Source of the DNA: Nitrosopumilus sp.
GTDB lineage: Archaea; Thermoproteota; Nitrososphaeria; Nitrososphaerales; Nitrosopumilaceae
Reading direction: 5' to 3'
Length of the DNA: 64,000 nucleotides
Assembly (NCBI GenBank): GCA_965238275.1
Contig: OZ250186.1
Span: 421,982-485,981, forward strand
In this document: piece after piece, positions 45,474 to 54,924 of the stretch
How the letters are laid out: every line of letters begins with the position of its first letter
Position numbering within the stretch: the first letter of the stretch is position 1
Notes under the pieces: model-generated
Told to the model about the DNA's origin: nothing
The model's input: the letters and a program-made list of their open reading frames with translations, nothing else
Database searches by the model: none
Program-made: the position numbers and the translations under genes

Positions 45474-46124
45474 CTAAAAGGCGTATCTGGAGTCGGCTCC
45501 GTCAAACGTTATGGTGACGCCTGAGAGGTACTTTACGTTGTTTTGGATGATTCCCTTTACGAACCCGCCAATCTCCTCAGGCCTTCCCATCCTGCCCATG
45601 GGGAGGGACTTTTGAAACTCGGGGGTGTCCTTGAGGATGTCTTTTGTTCTGTCCGTGCTGATGAGGCCCGGTGCGATATTGATGCAGTTTACCTCCCTTG
45701 CCGCATAGTCTCTGCTTAGAACCTTGAGTACCTCTACGAACGCCGCGCGGTACGCAGACGAGATTACCAGGTTGGGGACAGCAGGCTCCCTTACCACGCC
45801 GGAGCTGACAAGAAAGATGTATCCGCCGTCGCGCACCCTTATGTTCTGCAGGATGATACAGAATCCCAGGAACAGCTGGTTGTGGTATCTGTTCCACTCC
45901 TCTTCGGTAATGTCTGCAAAGGGTTTGGGAGGTGGCCCACCGGTATTCAGGACCAGTATGTCGGTGGTTGGATGATCCTTTGTGAACCTGCGGACGCTGT
46001 CAAGGTCCGACGTGTCGATGTCGCTGCGGGATGCTGCAAGGACTTCTATTCCGATGGATTCCAAGGATTCAGATATTGCCCTGCCAATGCCTCTGGAGCC
46101 GCCAAGCACTATTCCATCAGTCAT
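45474..46124 (-). CDS. short-chain dehydrogenase/reductase family protein
   Basis: GGSRGIGRAI glycine motif. Rossmann pattern. Confidence 0.7.
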   Translation of the reverse strand: MTDGIVLGGSRGIGRAISESLESIGIEVLAASRSDIDTSDLDSVRRFTKDHPTTDILVLNTGGPPPKPFADITEEEWNRYHNQLFLGFCIILQNIRVRDGGYIFLVSSGVVREPAVPNLVISSAYRAAFVEVLKVLSRDYAAREVNCINIAPGLISTDRTKDILKDTPEFQKSLPMGRMGRPEEIGGFVKGIIQNNVKYLSGVTITFDGADSRYAF

Positions 46125-46208
46125 GAGATCATCAGGGCGTCCGGACGATTAAATCTCTTTGGCAGGTCAAGACGCGTTTTAGACCTTACTGCAGGATGGG
46201 ATTCATAG

Positions 46209-47255
46209 TTGAATTGTTATATCCCAAGAGACACAAAGAACGCAATGCTTGATGAGAAGACTCTGAAGAGGCTGGACTCAAAGGGAATGCATATGATTTA
46301 TGACAGGTGGCCGGAGACTGCCAAGAGTTCGTTTGAGTTTGAGCATGAAAAGATTGGATTTGACGGGGTAAGGGATATCGTGTTTGCCGGGATGGGTGGT
46401 TCCGGGGCCATCGGGGATGTCTTTGCGTCAATCCTGTCCAAGACCGACATCCACGTGAGCGTGGTCAAGGGGTACGTCCTTCCAAAGACTGCCACCAAGG
46501 ACACGCTGGTGGTGACCACAAGCATCTCCGGGAATACGATCGAGACGGTAACCGTCCTAAAGGAGGCCATGGATAGGGGATGCAGGATAGCCGCCTTTTC
46601 GTCGGGTGGAACAATGCAGGATGTCTGCACAAAGAATAGTCTAGAGTACAGAAGGATTGGAAAGATTCACTCCCCGAGGGCGTCGTTTATGTCATTCCTG
46701 TACGGGATGCTAAACGTGCTGCATCCCATCCTGCCCATAAGCGAGAGAGACATTCGTGAGTCACTCTCTGAGGCAGAGAGGTTTGGTGAAATGAACAACT
46801 CGGGTAACATGAATAAGAATAATCCTGCCCTGCAGATGGCAGAATGGATTGACGGAATGCCCATGATATACTACCCGTTCGGGCTGCAGGCAGCTGCCAT
46901 CAGGTTCAAAAACTCCCTGCAGGAGAACGCAAAGACGCACGCTGCAGTGGAGGATGTCATCGAGAGCTGCCATAACGGGATAGTCTCATGGGAGAGGCCC
47001 AGCGGATTCCAGCCAGTTCTGTTGCAGGGTAAGGATGACTACATCAGGACAAAGGAGAGATGGAAGGTATTCAAGGAGTACTTTGAGGAGAATGGGATCG
47101 ATTTTTGGGAAGTGCACTCCATACATGGCAACATACTCTCAAAGATCGTCACACTGGTATACCTCTTTGACTATTCCTCCATATTCCTTGCAGCAAAGAA
47201 CGGAATCGATCCCTCGCCCGTAAGATCAATTGATTTTATCAAGGACAGAATATGA
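46209..47255 (+). CDS. bifunctional phosphoglucose/phosphomannose isomerase (SIS domain)
   Basis: FAGMGGSGAIGDV, TTSISGNTIET. About 330-348 aa. Confidence 0.75.
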   Translation: MNCYIPRDTKNAMLDEKTLKRLDSKGMHMIYDRWPETAKSSFEFEHEKIGFDGVRDIVFAGMGGSGAIGDVFASILSKTDIHVSVVKGYVLPKTATKDTLVVTTSISGNTIETVTVLKEAMDRGCRIAAFSSGGTMQDVCTKNSLEYRRIGKIHSPRASFMSFLYGMLNVLHPILPISERDIRESLSEAERFGEMNNSGNMNKNNPALQMAEWIDGMPMIYYPFGLQAAAIRFKNSLQENAKTHAAVEDVIESCHNGIVSWERPSGFQPVLLQGKDDYIRTKERWKVFKEYFEENGIDFWEVHSIHGNILSKIVTLVYLFDYSSIFLAAKNGIDPSPVRSIDFIKDRI

Positions 47256-47360
47256 AAGATCATACAAAATCCACAGTCAACAAGATTCGATATATTGCTA
47301 TCACAAACATGCCAAATTAACTGTACTCATCCTCTGCGCTCCAACGGTTTGAAGGATTAA

Positions 47361-48290
47361 ATGGGTTCTACAGAGAGGAGATTCATGAATTTTGCCGTAA
47401 CCGGCGGTGCCGGATTCATTGGGAGCCACATTGTCAAACGTCTAGCCTCAGACGGACACGGTATTACGGTAATAGACAATCTGTCCCGGGGCAGCATATC
47501 CAATCTGGAGGATGTCGATGACAGGATAGACTTTGTCGATATGGATATTTGTGAGTACGGCAGGCTAAAAGAAACGCTTCGTAATATTGATGGAATATTC
47601 CACGATGCCGCCTTGGCATACATTCCTAGCTCATATGGGAATGAGGACAAATACAGGCAGGTAAACGTTGCAGGTACCGAGAACGTCTTTAGGATAGGCT
47701 TGGAGCACGGCATCAGAATAGTTTACGCCAGCAGTTCTACCGTGTATGGAGACGGGCATGGCATTCCAATCCAGGAAGACTCCGCACGAAGACCACTCAA
47801 TCCGTACGGCATGACCAAGCTTGAGGCAGAACTTGCAGCCGAGAGATACGTCAAGATGGGGGCACAGATAATCAGTCTGCGGTACTTTAACGTGGTGGGA
47901 CTAGGACGCAGGCAGGCATATTCGGCAGTCGTGCCTAGGTTTCTGGATCGGCTTAAGGAGGGAAAACCGCCGATAATCTATGGCGACGGCTCACAAATCA
48001 AGGATTTTGTGTTTGTGCACGATGTGGTACAGGCCAATCTTGCGGCAATGGAAAGCAGCATCAGGAACGGTTTCTTCAACATAGGTAGCGGCAGGTCAAT
48101 ATCAATCACAGATCTTGCACGCTTGATGATCAAAATCTCCGGCAAATATCTAGAGCCAAAATATGAAGACCCTAGGCCGGGAGACGCCAAGATGTGTGTG
48201 GCAGATATCTCCAAAGCCGACAAGCTGCTGAACTGGAGACCAAGCACGGTCATGGAAGAGGGACTGCTAAACCTTCTTGCACGTCCATAA
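47361..48290 (+). CDS. NAD-dependent nucleotide-sugar epimerase/dehydratase (GalE-like)
   Basis: VTGGAGFIGSHIV, PYGMTKLEAE (YxxxK). Confidence 0.85.
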   Translation: MGSTERRFMNFAVTGGAGFIGSHIVKRLASDGHGITVIDNLSRGSISNLEDVDDRIDFVDMDICEYGRLKETLRNIDGIFHDAALAYIPSSYGNEDKYRQVNVAGTENVFRIGLEHGIRIVYASSSTVYGDGHGIPIQEDSARRPLNPYGMTKLEAELAAERYVKMGAQIISLRYFNVVGLGRRQAYSAVVPRFLDRLKEGKPPIIYGDGSQIKDFVFVHDVVQANLAAMESSIRNGFFNIGSGRSISITDLARLMIKISGKYLEPKYEDPRPGDAKMCVADISKADKLLNWRPSTVMEEGLLNLLARP

Positions 48291-48568
48291 GCCCCGTTCG
48301 CGTGTGATGGTGTACAGTCTGGAAACTCAGAGATGGTGTATAATAGCATCCGGAGCAAACCTGCGTCCATTCTAATTTGCTACAGTAATCAGGTCTATGC
48401 CAATGAGATGCATAGTGTGTGCCAGAACAATCCGCTCACCCTTGGCTAAATTAATCCCACAGTCACGCGTCTCGTCAAACTTGGCATGGTTGAAATCACG
48501 GCTTGTACAGAAATCAGGTAACAGGCAAAACAAGAATTCGTATTATTCCACATGCACGAGCAAATTTT

Positions 48569-49446
48569 TCACGCCGGTGGCCAATCTACCAGATAGCCTG
48601 CAAGTCGGTTGCCCATCTCTTTTTCAAGGATTGTCGTTATTGCCGCTTTCAACTCATCTTGGGATGCAAAGTACCTTCCCGCCAACTGTCCCTTGAGATC
48701 CTTCCAGACGTTTTCGATCTGATTCAGCTGCGGCGTGCGAGGCAGAAGAAATTCCAGCTCGACGTTTCTGTCGGTACCGGCCACGTACTCTCTGACCTTG
48801 TGGGAATGGTGGTACGACGCGTTGTCCAGAACTATAGAATTTTGGGTAACTCTTGCAGGCATCCTCGAGGAATTCCTTGAAGGTATCAGAGTTTGCATGG
48901 TCTACCATACAGATGAAGAGCATGTCTGTGCCCATAATGCTAAGCAGGCAGACTGCCTTTTTCGAGAAGCCAGTATGGATGGTGTCGCGCCCTCCCGTGG
49001 ACCTCACCTGTAGCCAGATCCCTCCTGCGACATACCGATTGCGGTCTCATCTTCGACGAACATGGCATGACCGTTCCAGGCAAGTTCCCCTGCCCTCCTG
49101 CTAGCCTTGGCCTTGAACTCTTCTTGCTCGCTTTCTGAGGCTGACTTGAACGGAACCGGCCTAGTTTTTTGGTAGGAGAACCCGATCCTTTTGAGCATTC
49201 TTCGCAGCGTGCGCGCCTTGCAATCCTTCCAAACTCCCACCGGATCATCTCCCGTATCAAGTTGAGCTGCCAAGAGCCTGACTCGAATCCGTATTTTTTT
49301 GGCTGTAATTGAACCACGCCCGAACCGTCCTGAGAAAGGATTTGGGCATCATGCTTTCCTGCCTCTCGTGTCCGGTTGAACCGAGTCTTCAGTCCCCGTC
49401 GCCCCCGCATCCGCACCAGCCATTCACGCACAATCGAATACGGCAT
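48569..49446 (-). pseudogene. IS630/Tc1-mariner-family transposase remnant, multiple frameshifts and no N-terminal HTH
   Basis: Pieces lie in three frames: QLQPKKYGFESGSWQLNLIREMI, TLRRMLKRIGFSYQKTRP, VLDNASYHHSHKV...PRTPQLNQIENVWKDLK. Element boundaries were not resolved. Confidence 0.75.
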
Positions 49447-49545
49447 GACCAGTTTCTTGCATGTCTTCAGGATGCTGTAGCCATCTCTCCTTCATTACGT
49501 ATCATCATAAAGGCACTCCATTTCACCAAATGCTCAACATAGCGC
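49447..49545 (-). pseudogene. 5' fragment of a further GT2 paralog
   Basis: Reverse translation gives RYVEHLVKWSAFMMIRNEGEMATAS stop. Compare KHTLKWSAFMMVRNEEEMVADA in 49546-50403. Confidence 0.5.
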
Positions 49546-50403
49546 CTACCACATGGGCCTAATGAACAATTCCGTTTCCGTGTTATGCCACATTTGTGAG
49601 TTTAATCCAAGTTTTATCTTGGCGCGTTCGACGTAGTAGTGTCTGAACCACTTTGGAAATTGCTTTGGCAGTCGCTGGCCATCGTATGAGATGTACCCAC
49701 ACAACAAGTCCGTCGACCGCATCCACATACACTTGTATAAGATCAGCAGAAACGGTATTCCATGCTTGCGCATTGTAGCACCCTTGCGCCTCCAGACTGC
49801 TTTGTCGTAATGTGTTCCGGTCGGTCGCTTGCAGTGTCGCCGTATGTCTTTGTAGATGGCAGCCGGATGTCCGCCTAATATGGATTGTATCGCCAATATG
49901 CTTGCAGGGAATTTTGGCGGCACGTCGTGCGAGTGGAACCATTTCACGTTTACGACTAATCCAGGTTCCGGTGGCATGATAAGTGGTTCGGCGGGATCTT
50001 CGCCGCACGCAACCATGACGTTGTCTGTTCCCATTCTTTCAGTTATTCGCTCCATGTAGTCAGGCGGGATGTCCAAATCCGCGTCTATGCACACCACGTA
50101 GTCCATTCCTATGGCCGCATCTCGCATGAGGTCATCTCGTTTTGCCATAATTTCCTTTGAGGCCAGTTGGGGAGGATGGGGTGGCAAATGCGTCACAATC
50201 ACATCATCCATGTTATTTAGTATCTTGTCCGTGGAATCGGTGGAACCGTCATTGAGGACATGGATACGTGTAGGAGACACGGTCTGGTTTCGTATGCATG
50301 ATACTGCATCTGCTACCATCTCCTCCTCATTGCGTACCATCATAAAGGCACTCCATTTCAGAGTATGTTTGGTAATGTCCATATCATAATCTCCACCACA
50401 CAT
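49546..50403 (-). CDS. family 2 glycosyltransferase (paralog 1)
   Basis: RNEEEMV, NDGSTDSTDKIL, CIDADLDIPPDY (DxD). Confidence 0.8.
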   Translation of the reverse strand: MCGGDYDMDITKHTLKWSAFMMVRNEEEMVADAVSCIRNQTVSPTRIHVLNDGSTDSTDKILNNMDDVIVTHLPPHPPQLASKEIMAKRDDLMRDAAIGMDYVVCIDADLDIPPDYMERITERMGTDNVMVACGEDPAEPLIMPPEPGLVVNVKWFHSHDVPPKFPASILAIQSILGGHPAAIYKDIRRHCKRPTGTHYDKAVWRRKGATMRKHGIPFLLILYKCMWMRSTDLLCGYISYDGQRLPKQFPKWFRHYYVERAKIKLGLNSQMWHNTETELFIRPMW

Positions 50404-50629
50404 AATATAAGATATTTTATGAGGATAATGGGTGCTATCCGTCGTTCCGACAGTTGATGGAAATATGTCGAATTATAACGACCCGGTGCTGCTACACGAG
50501 GACATGATCTTGGTAGCGTACAGCTTCGAGTCTGACGGATCGGCATGGTAGTCCTCTCCACGTGACCTGAGTTGTTATCCACGGCACTACAGGGGCAGGT
50601 CAGTACGACCTAGAGGACGAGGAGATTTC

Positions 50630-51377
50630 ATGCCGATGCAGTGGGAGATGATGCAACATAGTGCCCGTTCTGATGCGTTGTTGGTTGGATTCATGTTAGA
50701 ATACTTCAGGAAAACGAATGTGTTAAGAAGGCATCAACTTAAGTGCATCAGCAACTTTTACGTAAAATACAAATACTCAAATTCATTAATTTCTACATTG
50801 GGACATTTAAAATACAATGCTAGGAATTGGCTTCGCCGGCATCCTCATTTACACGCATTCTATAGACAAAATAAATTTCGAATAATTACCTCTCAATTAA
50901 GAGGACTGCCTGATTTTGTTATTATCGGTGCACAGAAATCCGGAACCACCTCGCTGTATGACTTTGTTATCCGGCATCCAGAGATTGCTCCTGCCTTGAA
51001 AAAAGAGATGCACTATTTTTCTATAAACTATAAGTTTGGCGAACAATGGTACCGTTCTAATTTTCCAACCAATCTTTCAAGACGCTACTTTACAAAAAAA
51101 ACAGGCCAGAAGCTTCTCAGCGGAGAGGCCAGCCCGAGCTATCTTTTTTACCCGACGGTTCCTAGCAGAATGAAGAAAGTTTTGCCTGACGTAAAACTAA
51201 TCGTAATTTTGCGCAATCCCGTTGATCGTGCATATTCCCAATATCACCATTCGAGAAGAAAGGGTAGGGAAACATTGTCGTTTGAGAAGGCCATCGAATT
51301 GGAAGAAGAGAGGCGCGTCGAAATAATGAAACAGATGAGCACGGATCCGGATCTTGTTCATAGATACTACATAAATT
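50630..51377 (+). pseudogene. PAPS-dependent sulfotransferase, N-terminal part, interrupted by IS
   Basis: 5'-PSB loop FVIIGAQKSGTTSL and 3'-PB LIVILRNPVDRAYSQY. Frame ends at the IS junction. Confidence 0.85.
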
Positions 51378-53059
51378 AGATCTCATGCAGAATGTGCCTG
51401 ACTTAAAAAACTGAATTAAATTGGGTTATTCCCACGTGCAGCACCACATACGGCCGAATATCCACGGAACCGTAAAACATGCCAATCCAGGAACGGCAAC
51501 CGAAACATTAAGATCGGTGGTCTTTACGCCACACCGTGATGGCAATGCTGGCAGAACCGATCGTGCAGAGAATACGGCAGGAAAACGAGTCGCTCAGGGA
51601 ATCAGGAGAACTCCACAGGCAGAGGATCAGGGCCCTCAGGGAGGCACGCAGGACAGACCGACAGAAGGGCGAGGCCCTCAAGGAACGCCTGACTGACCAC
51701 TGGACCATCACGTCTAGGTTTCTTGACGACATCATAAAATATCCTGAATTCCTGCACGCCATGACGCTGCGCACCCCGGAAAGGTTTGACCACACGCTGA
51801 ACCGCCTCAAGGAGCTTTTGGAGCGGAACGGGGAGACTGCGCTCTTTTGGGAAGTTGGGAGCAGATCAAAAAACTCCGGAAGCAGGCGCATCCTGCCCCT
51901 GAGGCACGCGTACCTGCTGTGGCTGTTTCGGACAAGGCTGAGCATACCGCAGGAAGCCCTTGCCGCGATGTTTGGCGTCGACCAGGCCACCGTCTCCAGG
52001 TATCTCCCGTTGATGACCAGGCTGCTAGGCGAGACAGGCACGGCGCCGCGCAAAATCAGTGAGGCTGTACAAAAGGCCAAGACACTCGAGGAGAGCAAGA
52101 AGATAATACCCGGCAGGGGGGGAGGAGAACTGATGGTGGACGGCACGCACAACCGGGTCAGAAGGTCCGCGGACAAGGAGAGACGCAAAAAGACGTACTC
52201 TGGCAAGAAGAAGGCGCACACGTACAATACCAACATCGTGATCAACAAGCGCCGCGTGATAGTGGCGATAAGCAAGACCGTTCCGGGCAGCGTCCACGAC
52301 AAGACCCTGCTCAACGAGGATCCGCCAAACCTTGGAATCATTACGGCAAGGATGGGCCAGAAGGACGTGCCCGAAAAAGAAAAGCCTGACGTCCTGATGG
52401 ACAAGGGCTACCAAGGGACAAGAGAGGAATATCCCGGATGGCACATCAGGCACCCGCACAAGAAAAAGCGTGGAGCCGACAAAAAGACCGGCGGCCTGAC
52501 AAAGAAGCAGCGCGCCTACAACAAGAGGGTAAACAGCTCCCGTGTGGCCATAGAGCACGTTATCGGAAGCCTGAAACAGTACAAGAGGCTGACTGACCCG
52601 TACGACGGCACCGAGGAGGAGTACAACGACGAGCTCAACGCGATTGCGGGAATGGTAAACCAGGATCTGATGTGGGACGAAATAAAACTCAGGGACGCGG
52701 ACCTTCTCAAAAGGCTGGCCGAAAAAAGGGCGCGCCTCTGAGACAGGGCGGCACGAGCCGCCTGACGGAGTGAAAGGCAGGTGGCATCAGGCAGTGCAGG
52801 AATGTCGCGCACGGCATCCAATATTTGTGCAAATTCCCCCACCATTCCCCATGAAACAACCTGCCGCCCCGGGGACGGATGCCGCACATCCACAGGACGT
52901 GCCTTATTTTCCAATACTGGAAACTGGATTTTTCACATGGACGTGCAAGACAAATTTGTAAAATATACGGCAGACGAGATTTTCAAATATGGCCACGGCT
53001 AGCGCAGTTCTGACATGATTTTATGATTTGCCACGTCAGGCACATTCTGCATAGGATCT
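51378..53059 (+). mobile_element. IS5/Harbinger-like (DDE_Tnp_4) insertion sequence, 1682 bp, 25-bp TIR (2 mismatches), 3-bp TSD
   Basis: AGATCTCATGCAGAATGTGCCTGAC at 51378-51402. Reverse complement of 53035-53059 is AGATCCTATGCAGAATGTGCCTGAC. ATT lies at 51375-51377 and 53060-53062. Confidence 0.85.
51536..52741 (+). CDS. DDE_Tnp_4-type transposase
   Basis: MFGVDQATVSRYL, LMVDGTHNRVRRS, YSGKKKAHTYNT, SVHDKTLL, LMDKGYQG, SRVAIEHVIGSLKQY. Confidence 0.85.
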   Translation: MMAMLAEPIVQRIRQENESLRESGELHRQRIRALREARRTDRQKGEALKERLTDHWTITSRFLDDIIKYPEFLHAMTLRTPERFDHTLNRLKELLERNGETALFWEVGSRSKNSGSRRILPLRHAYLLWLFRTRLSIPQEALAAMFGVDQATVSRYLPLMTRLLGETGTAPRKISEAVQKAKTLEESKKIIPGRGGGELMVDGTHNRVRRSADKERRKKTYSGKKKAHTYNTNIVINKRRVIVAISKTVPGSVHDKTLLNEDPPNLGIITARMGQKDVPEKEKPDVLMDKGYQGTREEYPGWHIRHPHKKKRGADKKTGGLTKKQRAYNKRVNSSRVAIEHVIGSLKQYKRLTDPYDGTEEEYNDELNAIAGMVNQDLMWDEIKLRDADLLKRLAEKRARL

Positions 53060-53062
53060 ATT

Positions 53063-53364
53063 ATACATATCGTGCCAGAGGCGTTTACGCTGATCAGCTA
53101 GAAAACTGGTTCAGACATTACAGTAGGGAGCAGTTTTTGATTTTGGCCACAGAAGGCCTTCGTAAAAATCCACAGCAAACCCTAGATCAGATTTTTGATT
53201 TTTTGGGAGTATCTTCTTTTCAGATAGAGAATTTAAGGGATCTTAGCGTTGGAGATTACAAGGCGATGAACGAAGATATGCGCAAATTTCTCATTGAATA
53301 CTTCAAGCCCCACAACGAGAGATTGTTCAAGCTACTGCAACGCGGTTTTGATTGGGATAAATGA
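53063..53364 (+). pseudogene. sulfotransferase, C-terminal part
   Basis: YTYRARGVYADQLENWFRHYSREQFLILATEGLRKNP...IFDFLGV. Joins in frame to 50630-51377 after IS removal. Confidence 0.85.
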
Positions 53365-54357
53365 TCTGCAGATTCTATGCAGAATGTGCCTCCTATTCAT
53401 CATTGCGGTTTGGTGGAAGTGGATGATCTTTAGCGTAGTCTTTTGGGAGTATGAACAGTCCAACTCATCATTGCGGTTTGGTGGAAGTGGATGATCTTTA
53501 GCGTAGTCTTTTGGGAGTATGAACAGTCCAACTTCCGTATCCAAGAACGTTTGTTGTTTTAATCCTAATTTTCTCTTGGCACTCGCCATGTGAACGCTGT
53601 TAATGTATTGACTGTATTGTTTTGGTAATCTCTCACCCCTGTACGAGATGTAGCCCCAGAGAAATGACCAGTGACGATTGTAGAAGAAAGTCGGCAACAT
53701 CCACCAGAATGACGATCCGCGCATACGCTGGCTTCTTCCCCGAAAATTCCACACATCTGGGCCATAGTCGACTCCAAACGGCCTCTTGTAGCGTAATAGT
53801 ATGGTCGTGTATACTACGAATGGATGCCCGTCTATTATCGATTCTACATTCAAGAAAGGCAACGTTGCAGGTGAAGTTGAATGTGTATTGAACCATTTTG
53901 CGTTAATTACCATTCCAGGTACTATAGGCGAGATTTTGGGCATGGCAGGATCCGTGCCACATGCCACGACGACGTCATCCAATTCCATCCTCTTGGTTAT
54001 TCGCTCAATATAGTCGGGAGAAATGTCCACGTCCGCATCCATACGTAGTACGTAGTTCATGCCTTTAGCTGCTTTGTGCATGTGTTCATATCTATTTGCC
54101 GTATAACGCGGATCGGAATGCTGAGGCGGATGCGGTGGAGCATTGGTCACAATCACATCATCCATATTGTCTAGTATCCTGCCTGTAGAATCGGTGGAAC
54201 CATCATTGAGGATATGGATGCGTGTAGGAGGCACGGTCTGGTTTCGTAAGCATAATACTGCGTCTGCTACCATCTCCTCCTCGTTGCGTACCATCAAAAA
54301 GGCACTCCATTTCAGGGCATGCTTGCCAACGTCCATGTCATAATATCCATAATACAT
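53332..54357 (-). CDS. family 2 glycosyltransferase (paralog 2), C-terminus extended by a tandem duplication
   Basis: KWSAFLMVRNEEEMV, NDGSTDSTGRIL, RMDADVDISPDY. The tail after ...PNRNDE is repeat-derived. Confidence 0.8.
   Translation of the reverse strand: MYYGYYDMDVGKHALKWSAFLMVRNEEEMVADAVLCLRNQTVPPTRIHILNDGSTDSTGRILDNMDDVIVTNAPPHPPQHSDPRYTANRYEHMHKAAKGMNYVLRMDADVDISPDYIERITKRMELDDVVVACGTDPAMPKISPIVPGMVINAKWFNTHSTSPATLPFLNVESIIDGHPFVVYTTILLRYKRPFGVDYGPDVWNFRGRSQRMRGSSFWWMLPTFFYNRHWSFLWGYISYRGERLPKQYSQYINSVHMASAKRKLGLKQQTFLDTEVGLFILPKDYAKDHPLPPNRNDELDCSYSQKTTLKIIHFHQTAMMNRRHILHRICRSFIPIKTALQ
53370..53390. repeat. solo copy of the DDE_Tnp_4 IS terminal repeat
   Basis: AGATTCTATGCAGAATGTGCC matches the TIR of 51378-53059. 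No transposase is adjacent. Confidence 0.75.
53397..53532. repeat. perfect 68-bp tandem duplication
   Basis: TCATCATTGCGGTTTGGTGGAAGTGGATGATCTTTAGCGTAGTCTTTTGGGAGTATGAACAGTCCAAC occurs at 53397-53464 and 53465-53532. Confidence 0.95.
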
Positions 54358-54379
54358 AATATAAGATAGTCTATGAGGT

Positions 54380-54806
54380 TTTTAATGGTAGATCTCCTCG
54401 CTGGCTCTACAGAACAGTTCCATCTTGTCATCGGTCTAGAGTGAGGTGGCCTTGAGTTGATCAGATCTGTACTCATGCTTCGAAACTTCTCTTCAAACGT
54501 GATGGGCTTCCATGAATCCACCGGATCCCATTGGTGCATGTCTTCAAAGCGGGCTTTGTCCAAGAGGATCGCCACAGGTGTATCGAATCCTCCAATCGCT
54601 TGACAGGACACTCACAGTGTTCTCTGGGGCGGTTTGGGTAAACAGACCTGTCCGACCACACACCTTGATGTGTCGTTCGGAAACGTGATGAGGTTGAGCC
54701 TCTTCATGTAGTGGTACAATCATGGTAGACCGCACATGTCGTTTGGCGGAGTAGAAGAGAATTCTGTCCAAGCGTTCGTGCACAAGATGCTTCCAAAGGG
54801 AGAAAT
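54380..54806 (-). pseudogene. diverged sulfotransferase C-terminal fragment, frameshifted (approximate bounds)
   Basis: YFSLWKHLVHERLDRILFYSAKRH...MIVPLHEEAQPHHVSERHIKVCG parallels YTYRARGVYADQLENWFRHYSREQ...LRKNPQQTLDQIFDFLG. Confidence 0.45.
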
Positions 54807-54825
54807 AGATCCTATGCAGAATGTG
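54807..54825. repeat. second solo copy of the DDE_Tnp_4 IS terminal repeat
   Basis: AGATCCTATGCAGAATGTG abuts the sulfotransferase fragment at the same codon position as in 53053-53062. Confidence 0.7.
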
Positions 54826-54924
54826 TCTAACTCTGCAAATTGCAAAATCCTGTTGCCTGTACCCAGTGTGATCGTGCGTGGTGGTGCCTGAAAATTCCAC
54901 CTGCTCTGCATTCTACAAATTTAT

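Noticed and set aside
48540-48566. TGCACGAGCAAATTTTTCAC near the IS630 remnant, resembling the TnpB-element end (TGCACGAACTTTCGCTTTTCAC)
   Set aside because: Only two 7-nt blocks match, with different spacing between them, and no partner repeat was found. This is too weak to link the two elements without a genome-wide comparison.
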